Shown piece after piece: positions 62,120 to 64,000 of a stretch of 64,000 nt of DNA. The position numbers were made by a program, and so were the translations under genes. The notes under the pieces are model-generated. The model had not been told where the DNA came from. It made no database searches and worked only from the letters and a program-made list of their open reading frames with translations. Positions within the stretch are counted from its first letter, which is position 1, and each line of letters begins with the position of its first letter. Source of the stretch: Yuukianura sp. NJ FZ-2021 (taxonomy: Eukaryota); contig CM102283.1 of the NCBI GenBank assembly GCA_046563655.1, positions 7,626,001 through 7,690,000 on the forward strand, in the 5' to 3' direction.

Positions 62120-64000
62120 TGGAAAGTCCATGTTTTGTTTTTTCCAAAAGACGAAAAACTTGATGTTCCATTTTGGAGTTTTCAGAATTTCTAAAAATTC
62201 TTCATAGTATTTGAAAGTTTTTCGCGAAGAGATTAGATCTCTATCGCTTTCCGTTGACCAGATATAAATTTTCAAAGTTTTATTTTAATTTTCAAAAACT
62301 TTCAAAATTCATAACTCGGGAACGGAAAGTGATAGAAAGGTAAACTCTTCACTCCTGAGCTCACAAAAATATACAGTATTTTTAGAAAACATAAAAAGGT
62401 ACCCTCAGATTTTGACGAAATTTCGAAAAAATCCATGGACTATAGTCCATGGTTTTTTTCAAAATTTGACGAAAAACTTGATGTTAGATTTTGGAGTTTT
62501 TAAAATTTCTAAAAATTCTTCATATTATTTGAAAGTTTTTCGCGAAGAGATTAGATCTCTATCGCTTTCCTTTCACGAGATATAAATTTTCAAAGTTTCA
62601 TTTTAATTTTCAAAAACTTTCAAAATTCATAACTCGGGAACGGAAAGTGATAGAAAGGTAAACTCTTCACTCCTGAGCTCACAAAAATATACAGTATTTT
62701 TAGAAAACATAAAAAGGTACCCTCAGATTTTGACGAAATTTCGAAAAAATCCATGGACTATAGTCCATGGTTTTTTTCAAAATTTGACGAAAAACTTGAT
62801 GTTAGATTTTGGAGTTTTTAAAATTTCTAAAAATTCTTCATATTATTTGAAAGTTTTTCGCGAAGAGATTAGATCTCTATCGCTTTCCGTTCACGAGATA
62901 TGAATTTTCAAAGTTTCATTTTAATTTTCAAAAACTTTCAAAATTCATAACTCGGGAACGGAAAGTGATAGAAAGGTAAACTCTTCACTCCTGAGCTCAC
63001 AAAAATATACAGTATTTTTAGAAAACATAAAAAGGTACCCTCAGATTTTGACGAAATTTCGAAAAAATCCATGGACTATAGTCCATGGTTTTTTTCAAAA
63101 TTTGACGAAAAACTTGATGTTAGATTTTGGAGTTTTCAGAATTTCTAAAAATTCTTCATATTATTTGAAAGTTTTTCGCGAAGAGATTAGATATCTATCG
63201 CTTTCCGTTCACGAGATATGAATTTTCAAAGTTTCATTTTAATTTTCAAAAACTTTCAAAATTCATAACTCGGGAACGGAAAGTGATAGAAAGGTAAACT
63301 CTTCACTCCTGAGCTCACAAAAATATACAGTATTTTTAGAAAACATAAAAAGGTACCCTCAGATTTTGACGAAATTTCGAAAAAATCCATGGACTATAGT
63401 CCATGGTTCTTTTCAAAATTTGACGAAAAACTTGATGTTGGATTTTGGAGTTTTTAAAATTTCTAAAAATTCATCATATTATTTGAAAGTTTTTCGCGAA
63501 GAGATTAGATCTCTATCGCTTTCCTTTCACGAAATATATATTTTCAAAGTTTCATTTTAATTTTCAAAAACTTTCAAAATTCATAACTCGGGAACGGAAA
63601 GTGATAGAAAGGTAAACTCTTCACTCCTGAGCTCACAAAAATATACAGTATTTTTAGAAAACATAAAAAGGTACCCTCAGATTTTGACGAAATTTCGAAA
63701 AAATCCATGGACTATAGTCCATGGTTTTTTTCAAAATTTGACGAAAAACTTGATGTTAGATTTTGGAGTTTTTAAAATTTGTAAAAATTCATCATATTAT
63801 TTGAAAGTTTTTCGCGAAGAGATTAGATCTCTATCGCTTTCCTTTCACGAAATATAAATTTTCAAAGTTTCATTTTAATTTTCAAAAACTTTCAAAATTC
63901 ATAACTCGGGAACGGAAAGTGATAGAAAGGTAAACTCTTCACTCCTGAGCTCACAAAAATATACAGTATTTTTAGAAAACATAAAAAGGTACCCTCAGAT
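62120..64000. repeat. Tandem satellite with a 318-bp unit, about 6 copies, running off the window end
   Basis: ggtaccctcag recurs at 62398, 62716, 63034, 63352, 63670 and 63988, an exact 318-bp period. The first unit is degenerate. Confidence 0.98.

Noticed and set aside
62120-64000. Regularly spaced palindromes resembling a CRISPR array
   Set aside because: The intervening sequences are near-identical rather than unique spacers, the period is 318 bp, there are no cas genes and the context is eukaryotic.

Overview
Eukaryotic, AT-rich and gene-dense animal DNA with many 60-100 nt GT-AG introns. The gene set is arthropod-like; a springtail or similar soil hexapod is my inference and is unproven. 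In order, the window holds: the 3' end of patched; an Rbp1/SRSF3-type SR gene; an ML/NPC2-domain gene; a 12-kb minus-strand array of three fungal-type PLP-dependent C-S lyase genes (Egt2/CefD/LolT-like, two with signal-peptide exons) interleaved with three GT31 beta-1,3-glycosyltransferases and lyase debris; an intact clan-2 cytochrome P450 with no heme-ligating Cys; HSPBP1; a small secreted crystallin-like orphan; two tandem Cys-rich surface proteins; GTDC1/QTMAN head-to-head with Tpi; XRCC2; FATP with a duplicated, mutually exclusive exon block; two hydroxyacid oxidase paralogs, one with altered active-site residues and C-terminal targeting signal; ATP synthase subunit g; an HP1-like gene; and the start of a 318-bp palindromic satellite. 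The strongest candidate for something undescribed is the probably horizontally acquired, partly secreted C-S lyase plus glycosyltransferase array next to the Cys-less P450. Gene models were spliced by eye and family calls come from recognised motifs; no database search was run.
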